64,000 bases of DNA from a virus (taxonomy: Duplodnaviria; Caudoviricetes). The number at the start of each line of letters is the position of its first letter. Position 1 is the stretch's first letter. Under the pieces are notes generated by a model. That model was not told the DNA's origin. It did not search any database and was given only the letters and a program-made list of their open reading frames with translations. Shown here piece by piece: positions 17,544-26,575 of this stretch. The stretch spans positions 95,305 to 159,304 of the IMG/VR virus record IMGVR_UViG_3300028797_000101; one strand, given 5' to 3'. Made by a program: the position numbers and the translations under genes.

Positions 17544-17797
17544 AGGTATCAACCGTAATTATAAGAATCAAAGAGAATGAAAAGTTTATTGAGAAATATA
17601 GAATTTTTTACAATAAGAAGATTCAGCCAGCTATCAGTGAATTTGATGATTATATGAAAGCACATGATGAGAAATTGGATTGTGTATCTATTAAATTTAC
17701 TAGGAATGATTTAAGCGACTTGTATGATATGCTTTCAAAAATGGCGTCATTATGTAATGATGAAAACGAAAGATTTGAAGAAATGGAAGTTAATTAA
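17540..17797 (+). CDS. hypothetical protein
   Basis: Coupled. Confidence 0.6.
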   Translation: MKVSTVIIRIKENEKFIEKYRIFYNKKIQPAISEFDDYMKAHDEKLDCVSIKFTRNDLSDLYDMLSKMASLCNDENERFEEMEVN

Positions 17798-17847
17798 AGT
17801 GTTCATAAAAGTGCGCGTTGAGATTTCTGAGAAGGGTGGTGATTGAG

Positions 17848-18021
17848 ATGCAAAGAACCCTTGAACATTGTGGACTAATCACAAAAATAGGTGACAAAGA
17901 TTTTCCACCAAATCAACATGATGGTAAATGTGATGGATATGCAGTAAGTGAACACGATGATGAGCCTTGTTATATTTGCAAGGAATGCAAACTTAATACT
18001 TTTTATGAGGAAAATAACTAA
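17848..18021 (+). CDS. Cys-rich hypothetical protein
   Basis: GKCDGY...DDEPCYICKEC. Confidence 0.55.
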   Translation: MQRTLEHCGLITKIGDKDFPPNQHDGKCDGYAVSEHDDEPCYICKECKLNTFYEENN

Positions 18022-18054
18022 TGTTAAAAACTATAAGATAAGGAGTGTAATTAA

Positions 18055-18258
18055 ATGAAAAAGACTGATTTTAGACGTAATCTGGAATCAATCATCATAT
18101 CTAAAGTATATGCTTGTTCAGATGTAAAACTGGCACAAGCTGCCGCATTGATGATTGACTGCCAAGATTGTCCTATTAAACGCGAATGTTGGGAATTAGG
18201 ATTAGGATGCGAAAGTGCGTACTATAATCAGATCATTCCAGTAAAGGAGAGTGATTGA
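18055..18258 (+). CDS. Cys-rich hypothetical protein
   Basis: AAGGAG RBS; CQDCPIK.EC. Confidence 0.6.
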   Translation: MKKTDFRRNLESIIISKVYACSDVKLAQAAALMIDCQDCPIKRECWELGLGCESAYYNQIIPVKESD

Positions 18259-18426
18259 ATGAGTATTTGGAGTGACCACGATTGTGGAGCATTGTCTGAC
18301 GAAGATTTTGAACGGGAATGTATCCGCATGAATAATCGTGACAAGATCGAGAAAGAAGCCGAATGGGAAAGATTGTACCATGACGATGATGAGGACAGCG
18401 AAGGAGGCTTGATTGATGAAGATTAG
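18259..18426 (+). CDS. 55-aa acidic hypothetical protein (not in ORF track)
   Basis: MSIWSDHDCGALSDEDFERE...; AAGGAG RBS. Confidence 0.55.
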   Translation: MSIWSDHDCGALSDEDFERECIRMNNRDKIEKEAEWERLYHDDDEDSEGGLIDED

Positions 18427-18697
18427 AATTTGTGGAGTACCTTACACAGTTACGGAATGCGAAGATAAATTTACGGCAGATGCTACGCATTACGGGCAGA
18501 TCGAATATGGCAAGGCAGAAATATTGATTAACAAAAATATGCCTACGGAAGTGCAAGAAGAAACTCTCTACCATGAGGTGCTGCATGGAATGCTTCACCA
18601 TCTAGGATTCTATGAGCAATCCAACAATGAGCAGTTTGTTCAGGCGCTCTCTAACGCCATTTATCAGACGTTTGAGATTAAGAAAGGATCTGAATAA
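18413..18697 (+). CDS. ImmA/IrrE-like metallopeptidase (HExxH)
   Basis: GQI.Y...I.INK...ETLYHEVLHG...EQFVQ. Confidence 0.75.
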   Translation: MMKIRICGVPYTVTECEDKFTADATHYGQIEYGKAEILINKNMPTEVQEETLYHEVLHGMLHHLGFYEQSNNEQFVQALSNAIYQTFEIKKGSE

Positions 18698-18930
18698 TGA
18701 AACTTGAGTATACGTCACCAAACGGCTATCGAGGTGTTCTACATACAACCTCTGACATGAGCATCTATGATTCAAATGGAAAGGAAGTTTTACATACACG
18801 TTCCAGTGTAGTAAATAATCTAGAAGAGCTGAAAGTAGTAGTCGAACAAATGCCGGAACTAAGTAAGCAATTAGACAAACTGTTAAGTATTGATGAGTCC
18901 GACAGATATGCATTTTCTGTGATTCGTTAA
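18697..18930 (+). CDS. hypothetical protein
   Basis: YTSPNGYRGVL...IYDSNGKEVLHT. Confidence 0.65.
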   Translation: MKLEYTSPNGYRGVLHTTSDMSIYDSNGKEVLHTRSSVVNNLEELKVVVEQMPELSKQLDKLLSIDESDRYAFSVIR

Positions 18931-18986
18931 TAGATGTGAAGTTAACAAAACCTTAGATGATACAAAAGTATGGAGGAGGTTTGCAC

Positions 18987-19289
18987 ATGTTTAAGAATTT
19001 AATCATTTCACTTATGGGCAGTTGGATCATATCTAACATGAGCTTCTGGATGTATGATGATGTCTTCGATGAAGTTCTGATATTTATTGGGTTCACAATA
19101 GTTCTGTTTGTAACTGTTGCCGCTGTAGAAGATGCAATTAAATCTTACATGAGAAAACGTTACATGAAGAAGTGGCGTGTAAATAGATTCAAAGATGTAG
19201 TAAAACAGAATACTACACATGCTGCACGTGTTCAAGAATGTGATGAGATCATTTGCATGTTAGAAGACACAAAAAGAAAGCGTAGATAA
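18987..19289 (+). CDS. membrane protein (2 TM)
   Basis: GGAGGAGG RBS; hydrophobic segments. Confidence 0.6.
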   Translation: MFKNLIISLMGSWIISNMSFWMYDDVFDEVLIFIGFTIVLFVTVAAVEDAIKSYMRKRYMKKWRVNRFKDVVKQNTTHAARVQECDEIICMLEDTKRKRR

Positions 19290-19311
19290 CTTATAGGAGG
19301 GCAAAACAGTT

Positions 19312-19512
19312 ATGTTGACAATGGGACAAGGAATAGGTATATGTTTACTTCTATTTGGATCATTCCTATTTGGATACATGCGGGGAAGGGCAGCAGAACG
19401 ACAAAGATTTCGAGAATTTGTACTGAAAGACATATTGAAAGAGATTCAGGACATTTCCGATGCAAAGAAACCTTTTGATAAACTAGATCAAACAGAAAAG
19501 AATAGAAATTAG
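19312..19512 (+). CDS. small membrane protein
   Basis: GGAGG RBS; N-terminal TM. Confidence 0.6.
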   Translation: MLTMGQGIGICLLLFGSFLFGYMRGRAAERQRFREFVLKDILKEIQDISDAKKPFDKLDQTEKNRN

Positions 19513-19519
19513 ACAACAT

Positions 19520-19557
19520 ATCTCGATAGCATCATTTCAGATGTTATCGAGATTTTT
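19520..19557 (+). terminator. intrinsic terminator between convergent genes
   Basis: ATCTCGATAGCATC-N6-GATGTTATCGAGAT-TTTT. Confidence 0.7.
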
Positions 19558-20304
19558 ATGTAACTTTTGATACAACATCTTTTCCGCCTTAGGTAACTTT
19601 AGGGCTAATATATCATAATCTATCTGATAAATTTCTGACATTTTCTTCAATTTACTAGTGGTCAATTTAGACTCAGATTCAAGCATCTCGTGGATGAGTA
19701 ATTCTTCAATAGTGTTGTAATTATCAGACATACTGATATCTTTATGTGAGTGATCAACGGAAGGTACAAATGGTTCATGATCTTCCCAATTTGCTTCATA
19801 TAGCGACCCGAATATTGCTTGAAGTGTTACCATCTTTTCCGGAGACAGCTTCAATCTAGGATCTGAGAGATCTTCATATTTAACTTGACCCCAATGCTTG
19901 CCGAGTTGCGCTCCAACTTCCATGCAAAGTGTTCGTCGAATAGAATACTTGACCTCGTTCAATTCTCTCTCAATCATCTCTCCAATCCTAGGCTTGAAGA
20001 ATACAGAAAAGGAAAGATCTGTGCGATAACCTTTGTGAGTTTCATCACCTTGCCATTTATACCACCACCAGCACTCCATAAAATGTGTACAAGCGGATTG
20101 ATACTTATCTTCATATGTAACAGAGGAATTGTTGATGAATGTTTTTGATGCTATGTAGCCGAAGAACGCTTGATTCAATAGAAATATCTGGTCTCTAATA
20201 TCAGTCTGTTGCATTCTCAGTATTTTATTCTGAGGCAATCTGTCATATAATGCAAGTGTTTGTTGTTTGATTGCTTCTGATTTCGATACAGATGAATCTA
20301 TCAC
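19537..20304 (-). CDS. phage sigma-factor-like protein
   Basis: Region-2-like RDQIFLLNQAFFGYIA...VTYEDKYQ...FSVFFKPRIGEMIERE; C-terminal HTH-like segment. Confidence 0.6.
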   Translation of the reverse strand: MIDSSVSKSEAIKQQTLALYDRLPQNKILRMQQTDIRDQIFLLNQAFFGYIASKTFINNSSVTYEDKYQSACTHFMECWWWYKWQGDETHKGYRTDLSFSVFFKPRIGEMIERELNEVKYSIRRTLCMEVGAQLGKHWGQVKYEDLSDPRLKLSPEKMVTLQAIFGSLYEANWEDHEPFVPSVDHSHKDISMSDNYNTIEELLIHEMLESESKLTTSKLKKMSEIYQIDYDILALKLPKAEKMLYQKLHKNLDNI

Positions 20305-20323
20305 TTCTGAACCCCCTACAAAG

Positions 20324-20839
20324 TTAAATAAATTCGTAGATCTTTCCTTTGATCATTTCATGATTTCGTAGCTTTTTAGTGATGGTACCTCTAGATAAAC
20401 CAGTTACATTGCAAACTTGCTGTATAGATGCAAATTGCTCATTTGAATCTACACATCGTATCTTAAGACCTCCATAAGGCGCAGGAGGTTTACGTCTGCC
20501 ATCTTTTATGTTCTGCTTTGCAATCTCAGAAATAGTCTTCCATTCTAAGTTATCCACACAACAGTTAGATTTATCCCCATCTCTGAAAACAATCCAACTA
20601 GGTTCAGAAGGTTCTGTAAGAAACGCGTTAGCTACTAGCTGATGAATAGCAAAGCTCTTAGAACTAAAGTTCACATACAAAAATCCTTTTGCATCGGCTC
20701 TTGGTTGAATAAGCTTCGATTCAACATGCTGTTCAGATCCATCATCAAAACACATCTTGTATCCAGATTTCTTTACATTACCTTTATCAGAAATCAGATA
20801 TCCAACGCATCCATCAATAGGTCGCCAAATCTCATTCAT
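20324..20839 (-). CDS. NUMOD4/HNH-type protein, apparently degenerate active site
   Basis: EIWRPI..Y.ISD.GNVK; IHQLVANAF...VFRDGDKSNCCVDNLEW; NUMOD1-like C-terminus. Confidence 0.75.
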   Translation of the reverse strand: MNEIWRPIDGCVGYLISDKGNVKKSGYKMCFDDGSEQHVESKLIQPRADAKGFLYVNFSSKSFAIHQLVANAFLTEPSEPSWIVFRDGDKSNCCVDNLEWKTISEIAKQNIKDGRRKPPAPYGGLKIRCVDSNEQFASIQQVCNVTGLSRGTITKKLRNHEMIKGKIYEFI

Positions 20840-20863
20840 AAATTATTGCCCTCCTACATATTT

Positions 20864-20892
20864 ATTATAAGATAGACATAGCGAGAAGTCAA
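20864..20892 (-). promoter_or_regulatory. sigma-A-type promoter driving the HNH/sigma operon
   Basis: TTGACT-17-TATAAT on the minus strand, then GGAGG RBS. Confidence 0.8.
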
Positions 20893-20962
20893 GTAAAAAT
20901 CACCAAATTTCTTACAATCTTGAACGATTTAAGTTGATTACAAATTTGGAATAAGATCGTCT

Positions 20963-21102
20963 AAAATCAAAAATGTAGAAATTTGGACATTTTGTAAATA
21001 AAATCAAAAATGTAGAAAATTGGACATTTTCCAGCTAAATATCAAAATGTAGAAATTTGGACATTTTTGCATAGTGCTACGAAATCACTTTTGTCCAAAT
21101 TT
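20963..21102. repeat. iteron-like repeats, candidate replication origin
   Basis: 3 direct copies of ATCAAAA(A)TGTAGAAA(T/A)TTGGACATTTT plus an inverted TGTCCAAATTT, followed by an AT-rich tract at about 21120-21255. Confidence 0.7.
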
Positions 21103-21258
21103 AACGGTTTTTGCGAACATAATTTAAAAGAAAGTTAATCTTTTTAAATTTAAAAAAATAAATAAAAAAATAACTCCTCACTCAACTCAAAAAAAAATAA
21201 AAGGCAAAAGGCAGTAAAAGGCAATCGTTAAAAATTTTAGCAAAAATAAAAATAGGGC

Positions 21259-21287
21259 TTGACTTTTCGCAATTTATCGCATACAAT
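21259..21287 (+). promoter_or_regulatory. sigma-A-type promoter
   Basis: TTGACT-17-TACAAT with A-rich upstream tract. Confidence 0.75.
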
Positions 21288-21293
21288 AAGTCC

Positions 21294-21500
21294 ATTAACA
21301 CATATCATCGAATGCGGCGTTGATATGAGTTGCCTGGTAGACTTGTGTCAGCCGCATCTGACATATCTACACAGTTCAACGTTAGGACTAATTGTATATG
21401 GCGCCGGTTCGTTCAATTTTATTGAGCGGAAGACCGAGGTCGCAGCTATACAACGAGGTCTGCTGGAGAGAGGGCAATTCATATCAACGCCGCATTCATG
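21294..21500 (+). ncRNA. candidate structured non-coding RNA or leader
   Basis: 25-bp closing stem 21310-21334/21473-21497 (one G-U) with nested hairpins, directly downstream of a promoter. Confidence 0.65.
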
Positions 21501-21531
21501 TTGTACTGAAGTAAGGAGGTGAACTTTACTA

Positions 21532-22431
21532 TTGGATATTCACAGTGCAGAAGCTCATATGGAGAAGGTACTGCAGTATTTAGAGCAGATGCATGACAAC
21601 AATTCATCTCTTTATTCTAAAACACGAGAAAAACTGAAAAATATTAGCAATGATCTTTTTAGAGGATTGAAGCTAGTATCAGAAATCCTTGAGGAAGATT
21701 CACTTGTCGTTGAAGCAGAGTTTGAAGGAACAGATGAATCTATCATATCGTCTGTGAAGTCTATGAAAGAGCAATCTGAAGAGATCTCACAAGTCATTGA
21801 CCGAGTAGATAGTTTTGTTTATTCTCCTCATCCAGAGCCGAAGTTGACATACTCACCCAACAAGCTCAGTGCTAAGAAGAGAAAGCACATTGTTTACACC
21901 TACGGGCAAGTTTTGAAGAAAGTAGCCGGTGCATCAACACCTTACAAGTCTGTCCGAGATTGTGCAGCACTCATCTGGAGATGGTACGACACGAGATTTT
22001 TCTTATCATCACAATCATGTCCTAAGTTTCACTACAATATTCATAACATTCCCGAATGTATCAAATGGATAGTTTTAGCTTACAGCAAACACTTATCTGA
22101 CCATACACTAGATTCCTTCCTTTCTGACTTTGATACTTGGCTGAGCTCGTTATTATATCCGAAATCTGGTAATAATTATGTTTTACCTTACGCAATATTC
22201 AAGATCGGGCGAGAAACAAAGATCTCAGACGTTTCTCAAGCTTCAATCATGATATGGGACATTTTATTCGATCTAGGATATTCTGAACTATCAACTGATG
22301 ACCTCGCAGATGTTAAGCTTCAGTCAGAAACACTCTACAATCTGGCAGTTAAGATTGCACCAGATATTGCTGACAATTACGTGTATTATGAAGAAGATGA
22401 TTCACTTCTCAGATCTTTGGAGGTAAATTAA
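21532..22431 (+). CDS. hypothetical protein, first gene of replication operon
   Basis: AAGGAGGT RBS, TTG start, 299 aa. Confidence 0.75.
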   Translation: MDIHSAEAHMEKVLQYLEQMHDNNSSLYSKTREKLKNISNDLFRGLKLVSEILEEDSLVVEAEFEGTDESIISSVKSMKEQSEEISQVIDRVDSFVYSPHPEPKLTYSPNKLSAKKRKHIVYTYGQVLKKVAGASTPYKSVRDCAALIWRWYDTRFFLSSQSCPKFHYNIHNIPECIKWIVLAYSKHLSDHTLDSFLSDFDTWLSSLLYPKSGNNYVLPYAIFKIGRETKISDVSQASIMIWDILFDLGYSELSTDDLADVKLQSETLYNLAVKIAPDIADNYVYYEEDDSLLRSLEVN

Positions 22432-22434
22432 CTC

Positions 22435-23733
22435 ATGAGTCGCATAACAAAGTTCTCTCAAATAACTTCATCCCTTCCTTATCCTGCACAAAGTAGAGGT
22501 CTGTTGCAATCTATTCATTCTTCTATTGTCACTGCTGTATGTGAGAAAGGTGAATTGACCAGAAAGGAAAGCAGAAATGTAATCAAGCTGATCAACACGA
22601 TCACTTATCAGTGTGTTCAGCAAGAAAGCATATCTTGGAAGAAGGAAGATCCACTGAACTTCACAAATTTAACTGTAGACGAAGATACCTTGCAGCAAGT
22701 ACTTGGAAACATGTATCTAGTTTACCGAAACATAAATTGGAAAGCTGATGAGATAGACATTGTAGCCGAAACACAACCAGAGATAGCTAATCTAGTAGAG
22801 AAAAAGTTATCAGGTAGCGAGCCTATTGGTGAAAAGTTATCAGGCAGTGAACCTAGTGAGAAGAATCTATCAGGCAGTGAACCTGTTGATGAAAAGTTAT
22901 CAGGTAGCGAGCCTATTGAGAATAAATCTGCTAAATCGGATATAGAGAACGCTAATGTAGTTACTCAGCAGGTGCCAGTTTATGTTGATGCTACATCAAA
23001 CATTGCTGCTGAGCTCACGCCAAAAGAGGATCTTTACATACAACCACCATTAGTTCCTAGGTTCAATCCTCTACATATGGTAGCTTCTAAGGCTATTGGT
23101 GATTGTCAGTACGAAATATATGAATCTTATCCTATCATACCAAAGAAGCAGAATGAGATCTCTATGACAACGGATGTCAACAGAATGACTTCTAAGGATC
23201 TACGAAATCTGTTCCCCAATAGAAGAATCTGCACAAGGGCTTCTGTCATGTATGAAGAACAAGATCATTTAGAGATGCATCCTATCTTAGGATTGATCAT
23301 CCCAATTGAAGGTTTCACTAGAGATCAACTCATTGACAATCTTATCAAGTATCCTCACATATTCCGTCTGACTAAGATCGTCAATAATGATATCGTGAGT
23401 TTCTATACTACTGTTGAAATCGATGGAGAGCTTCAGAAAATAACAGAAATTTGGAACACACTTCCTGAGTCTAAATACATTCCTTACAATAGAGATTTCG
23501 TTAAAGAGTATGTAGTTAGACGATATCTTTTGGAGAGAGATGTAAAAGGTATTCATCATAAGTATCCACTGTTTGGTACACTTGATCCCTATTTGACCTT
23601 GTTTACCACACCCAATGAATACATACAACTCGGAATAGATGATATAGATTCTCTTGCTAGATCTTGTGTGAGAGCTAGAGTTTCTTATAAACAAAGCAGA
23701 AATCCTGTAATCCGGAGGTTGCAAAATGCGTAA
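22435..23733 (+). CDS. hypothetical protein with internal 10-aa repeats, possible replication initiator
   Basis: Sits just before loader and helicase genes; KLSGSEP repeats. Confidence 0.6.
   Translation: MSRITKFSQITSSLPYPAQSRGLLQSIHSSIVTAVCEKGELTRKESRNVIKLINTITYQCVQQESISWKKEDPLNFTNLTVDEDTLQQVLGNMYLVYRNINWKADEIDIVAETQPEIANLVEKKLSGSEPIGEKLSGSEPSEKNLSGSEPVDEKLSGSEPIENKSAKSDIENANVVTQQVPVYVDATSNIAAELTPKEDLYIQPPLVPRFNPLHMVASKAIGDCQYEIYESYPIIPKKQNEISMTTDVNRMTSKDLRNLFPNRRICTRASVMYEEQDHLEMHPILGLIIPIEGFTRDQLIDNLIKYPHIFRLTKIVNNDIVSFYTTVEIDGELQKITEIWNTLPESKYIPYNRDFVKEYVVRRYLLERDVKGIHHKYPLFGTLDPYLTLFTTPNEYIQLGIDDIDSLARSCVRARVSYKQSRNPVIRRLQNA
22801..22920 (+). repeat. 4 x 30-bp tandem repeat inside CDS
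   Basis: Unit like GAAAAGTTATCAGG(T/C)AG(C/T)GA(G/A)CCT. Confidence 0.85.
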
Positions 23734-24346
23734 TTGTATCTTTACTGCGCATTGCACAGAACTATTTTGTGATCGGTCTTGTCCTACATTTGTAGAAACA
23801 ACATATCTTCTTGAAAGGAACGGAATAGGTCTAAACAATTCCGTCTTTCAGGCTGAAGATGCATCTGTCTTGAAATCATTGAATGTTCTCGCTAAGTTCC
23901 AGGGATCATTCGGTGCATTTAAGTGTGAAGATACACTTAAGTGGGCAGACCTACTCACATATTGTGCAATATGCCAAAATTGGAAAGGTAGTCAACTTCA
24001 TTGCACTGTATTCAATTTGAAGTATGCGAAATATCTAGACGACCTCAAGAAGAGCTGGTCAGGTCCTGCTCCAGAAAGCTTAGAGCTGACGCAAATCTGG
24101 ATGCAAACTGCAAAGATACTGATTGTGTCTAATTTAGATTATGTAAACTTTGGAGATTTTGAAAGCCAAACTCTTCTGAATACTATACAACTTCGAGCAG
24201 CGGAGAATTTAACTACTATTGTCGTTGTACCTTCGCTAGGAATTGTGACAAAGCCGGGAGGGCTCAATTCATTCCCTATACTCCTCAAAAAGAAGATTGA
24301 TTCATCGCTCTACAAAGAATCAAAGATTGGGGGTGTACAGCGGTGA
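23726..24346 (+). CDS. DnaC/IstB-like helicase loader (degenerate)
   Basis: Cys-rich N-terminus, YLDDLKKSW, KILIVSNLD...LLNTIQLR...TTIVV; precedes helicase; Walker A not obvious. Confidence 0.55.
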   Translation: MRNCIFTAHCTELFCDRSCPTFVETTYLLERNGIGLNNSVFQAEDASVLKSLNVLAKFQGSFGAFKCEDTLKWADLLTYCAICQNWKGSQLHCTVFNLKYAKYLDDLKKSWSGPAPESLELTQIWMQTAKILIVSNLDYVNFGDFESQTLLNTIQLRAAENLTTIVVVPSLGIVTKPGGLNSFPILLKKKIDSSLYKESKIGGVQR

Positions 24347-25710
24347 GTGTTACTTCCATAGAGCTTCAAGTAATTTCAAGAATCTTAACCTCCAAAGATC
24401 CGAAAGACGTGGACACACTTTGTGCCTACGATTTATCATATTTTTCTGTATTCAAACAGCATATGGAATTTATTCTCAACCATAGACAAAGGTATGGAGA
24501 TGTTCCAGATGTTTTTACATTTCAAGCTCAGTTCCCTGACGTCACGTTAGTAAGCGTAACAGAACCTATTCAGTATCTCATAGATGGTCTTAAAGAATAC
24601 AAAAGACAGCTTATCTTGATTGAGACCTTCAACAAGATAAAGGATCTGGGTTCTGGGGACATAAATGATGCATGGGCCTACTTGGAATCACAATGCGAAC
24701 GAGCTGCACAACTTGATTCTACAAAGCCGATGGACATTGTTCATGATTCCAAACAAAGAGCAGATCAAGTTATCGCGTTTAACAAGCAAGCCAGGATACC
24801 AACAGGATTTGCAGAAATTGACAAACTGATGTATGGTGGATTGTCAACAGTAGAAGAATTACTTCTTTTAGTAGCAAGAACTAACACCGGTAAATCTTGG
24901 ATCTGTACAAAGATGATGGAGTCTGCACAAAAACATGGATTCGCAGTGCTTTACTACTCACCAGAAATGCAAGCATCATTTCTTGGTACTCGTTTTGATA
25001 CTTGGAGAACACATACACCAAATAGTCAGATCTTCCGAGGTAACTACACTGAAGAGTATGTAGAATATCTTGATAAACTCAGTCAAGAAGAAACAAGCGC
25101 ATTTATTCTCGAAGATAAAGATGTAGAGGGAGGAGCTGTAAACGTAAAGGCACTTGATAATCTCGTTAAAAAGTACAACGTAAAACTTCTCATCATTGAC
25201 GGTTTGTCTTACATGGATGATCCGCAGAAAGCGCCCACGGATTATCTGAAATACAAAAATATCTGTAATGGTCTATTCAAATTAAGTAAGACTAGAGGAT
25301 GCGCAGTAGTAGTTGCGATGCAGGCAAACAGAGAGACGCAGAACTGCAAGGATGATAAAGGGGAACCTTTTCCAGGTCTGATGCAGGTTGAAGGAAGCGA
25401 CCATCCTGCTAGAATCGCAACTCAGGCTTTCGCTATTCGTCAGATATTTGACAAACATGTGCTTGACATAAGACTTGAGAAATCAAGAAACGCAAACAAT
25501 CAGAAACCAGTTCTTAGTTACGCCTGGGATATCAACACAGGAAACATGCAGTATCTTCCGAATGGTGATGACGGATCCATTACTCCGGCTACTTCAACTC
25601 CTGGCTCTGTTGTCCCTGTAGTTAGCGGAGTTACTACTAATATTAAAAGTTCTGATGATTTCAGTGCTTTGATCGATATGGACGATTCAGATGATGATGT
25701 AGAATTCTAA
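24343..25710 (+). CDS. dnaB: DnaB-family replicative helicase
   Basis: IPTGF.EID, ARTNTGKS, SPEM, LLIIDGLSYM, QANR, LEKSRN. Confidence 0.9.
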   Translation: MSVTSIELQVISRILTSKDPKDVDTLCAYDLSYFSVFKQHMEFILNHRQRYGDVPDVFTFQAQFPDVTLVSVTEPIQYLIDGLKEYKRQLILIETFNKIKDLGSGDINDAWAYLESQCERAAQLDSTKPMDIVHDSKQRADQVIAFNKQARIPTGFAEIDKLMYGGLSTVEELLLLVARTNTGKSWICTKMMESAQKHGFAVLYYSPEMQASFLGTRFDTWRTHTPNSQIFRGNYTEEYVEYLDKLSQEETSAFILEDKDVEGGAVNVKALDNLVKKYNVKLLIIDGLSYMDDPQKAPTDYLKYKNICNGLFKLSKTRGCAVVVAMQANRETQNCKDDKGEPFPGLMQVEGSDHPARIATQAFAIRQIFDKHVLDIRLEKSRNANNQKPVLSYAWDINTGNMQYLPNGDDGSITPATSTPGSVVPVVSGVTTNIKSSDDFSALIDMDDSDDDVEF

Positions 25711-25737
25711 GCAATAGGTTCAGCGAAAGGAGAAAAC

Positions 25738-25917
25738 ATGAAGTTCATAGAAGTACACACAGAAACCGGAAATTCAATATTCGTAAATGTTAACAACATC
25801 GACTACATTTTGTTTAATGATACATATACACGTATTCGTTTTAATAATGGTAATGTGCTAGATATATCTGAAAACTCGGAAAAGATTTCAACTATGCTTT
25901 GTGCTTTTACGTATTAA
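25738..25917 (+). CDS. 59-aa FlbD-like small protein (not in ORF track)
   Basis: AAGGAG RBS; MKFIEV...IFVNVNNIDYI...TRIRFNNG..LDISENSEKI. Confidence 0.5.
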   Translation: MKFIEVHTETGNSIFVNVNNIDYILFNDTYTRIRFNNGNVLDISENSEKISTMLCAFTY

Positions 25918-25966
25918 ACAACCATGATTCAGTTAATGTAGAATAACAATGATGAGGTGATTTCAT

Positions 25967-26482
25967 ATGGAATTTAGCGTAGACGAGTTCATTGCATATC
26001 ACAACAGCAAATACAGAAACTATTGCGAAGCAATTATTCTTCCAGATGGTCAAATAACTTATTCCGAACCCTCTCATGTTTACAAGCTTCAGATGATATG
26101 GGGTGTACCTAAAGAAGAACTATATTGCGGCGGTGAAAAGAGAGATGAACTTTGGAGTATCATTCCACAATTTGCGTCTCCTATTCATTGGTTGAGTGAA
26201 GCGCTGAATTGCGTAGTCCTTTGGTATGATGCGATTATCTTTCCGCCTAACTATACAGAAGCTCAGATGTATTCTGTCAAGCAGCTCATGAAAAACAAGT
26301 GTATTGACGCATATCCTCTGATTCAGGTTACTACAGAAAAAGATATTTGCGATCTTGCTAATCGAGATACCAATCGCATACAAGACATAATTAAGATGGA
26401 AAACAATGTGAAAACTAAGATCCGTTCAGAACTATTTCCCGAAAATTTTATAAATTTGGAAAAAGGGCTTGACTTTTCCTAG
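25967..26482 (+). CDS. hypothetical protein
   Basis: GAGGTG RBS; NYCEAIILPDG...PSH. Confidence 0.7.
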   Translation: MEFSVDEFIAYHNSKYRNYCEAIILPDGQITYSEPSHVYKLQMIWGVPKEELYCGGEKRDELWSIIPQFASPIHWLSEALNCVVLWYDAIIFPPNYTEAQMYSVKQLMKNKCIDAYPLIQVTTEKDICDLANRDTNRIQDIIKMENNVKTKIRSELFPENFINLEKGLDFS

Positions 26483-26497
26483 TGTTCCGTCTATAAT
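26469..26497 (+). promoter_or_regulatory. sigma-A-type promoter
   Basis: TTGACT-17-TATAAT. Confidence 0.8.
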
Positions 26498-26575
26498 AAC
26501 ACTTGTAACAGATAAATAAACAGTTGAATCGTTACTGTTTCATACAAAAATATCAAAGGTACAGGAGGTACGCGT

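Noticed and set aside
20963-21070. CRISPR array (three ~30-bp repeats, with a Cas4-like gene in the window)
   Set aside because: Gaps between repeats are only about 6-11 nt, too short for spacers. No other cas genes are present, and solo Cas4-like nucleases are common in phage recombination modules.
21294-21500. Retron msr-msd (inverted repeats enclosing hairpins)
   Set aside because: No reverse transcriptase (YxDD) in adjacent ORFs or recognised anywhere in the window; a distant RT cannot be excluded.
21259-21522. 87-aa ORF from the track
   Set aside because: Its TTG start is the -35 box itself, there is no RBS, and the region is better explained as a structured RNA.
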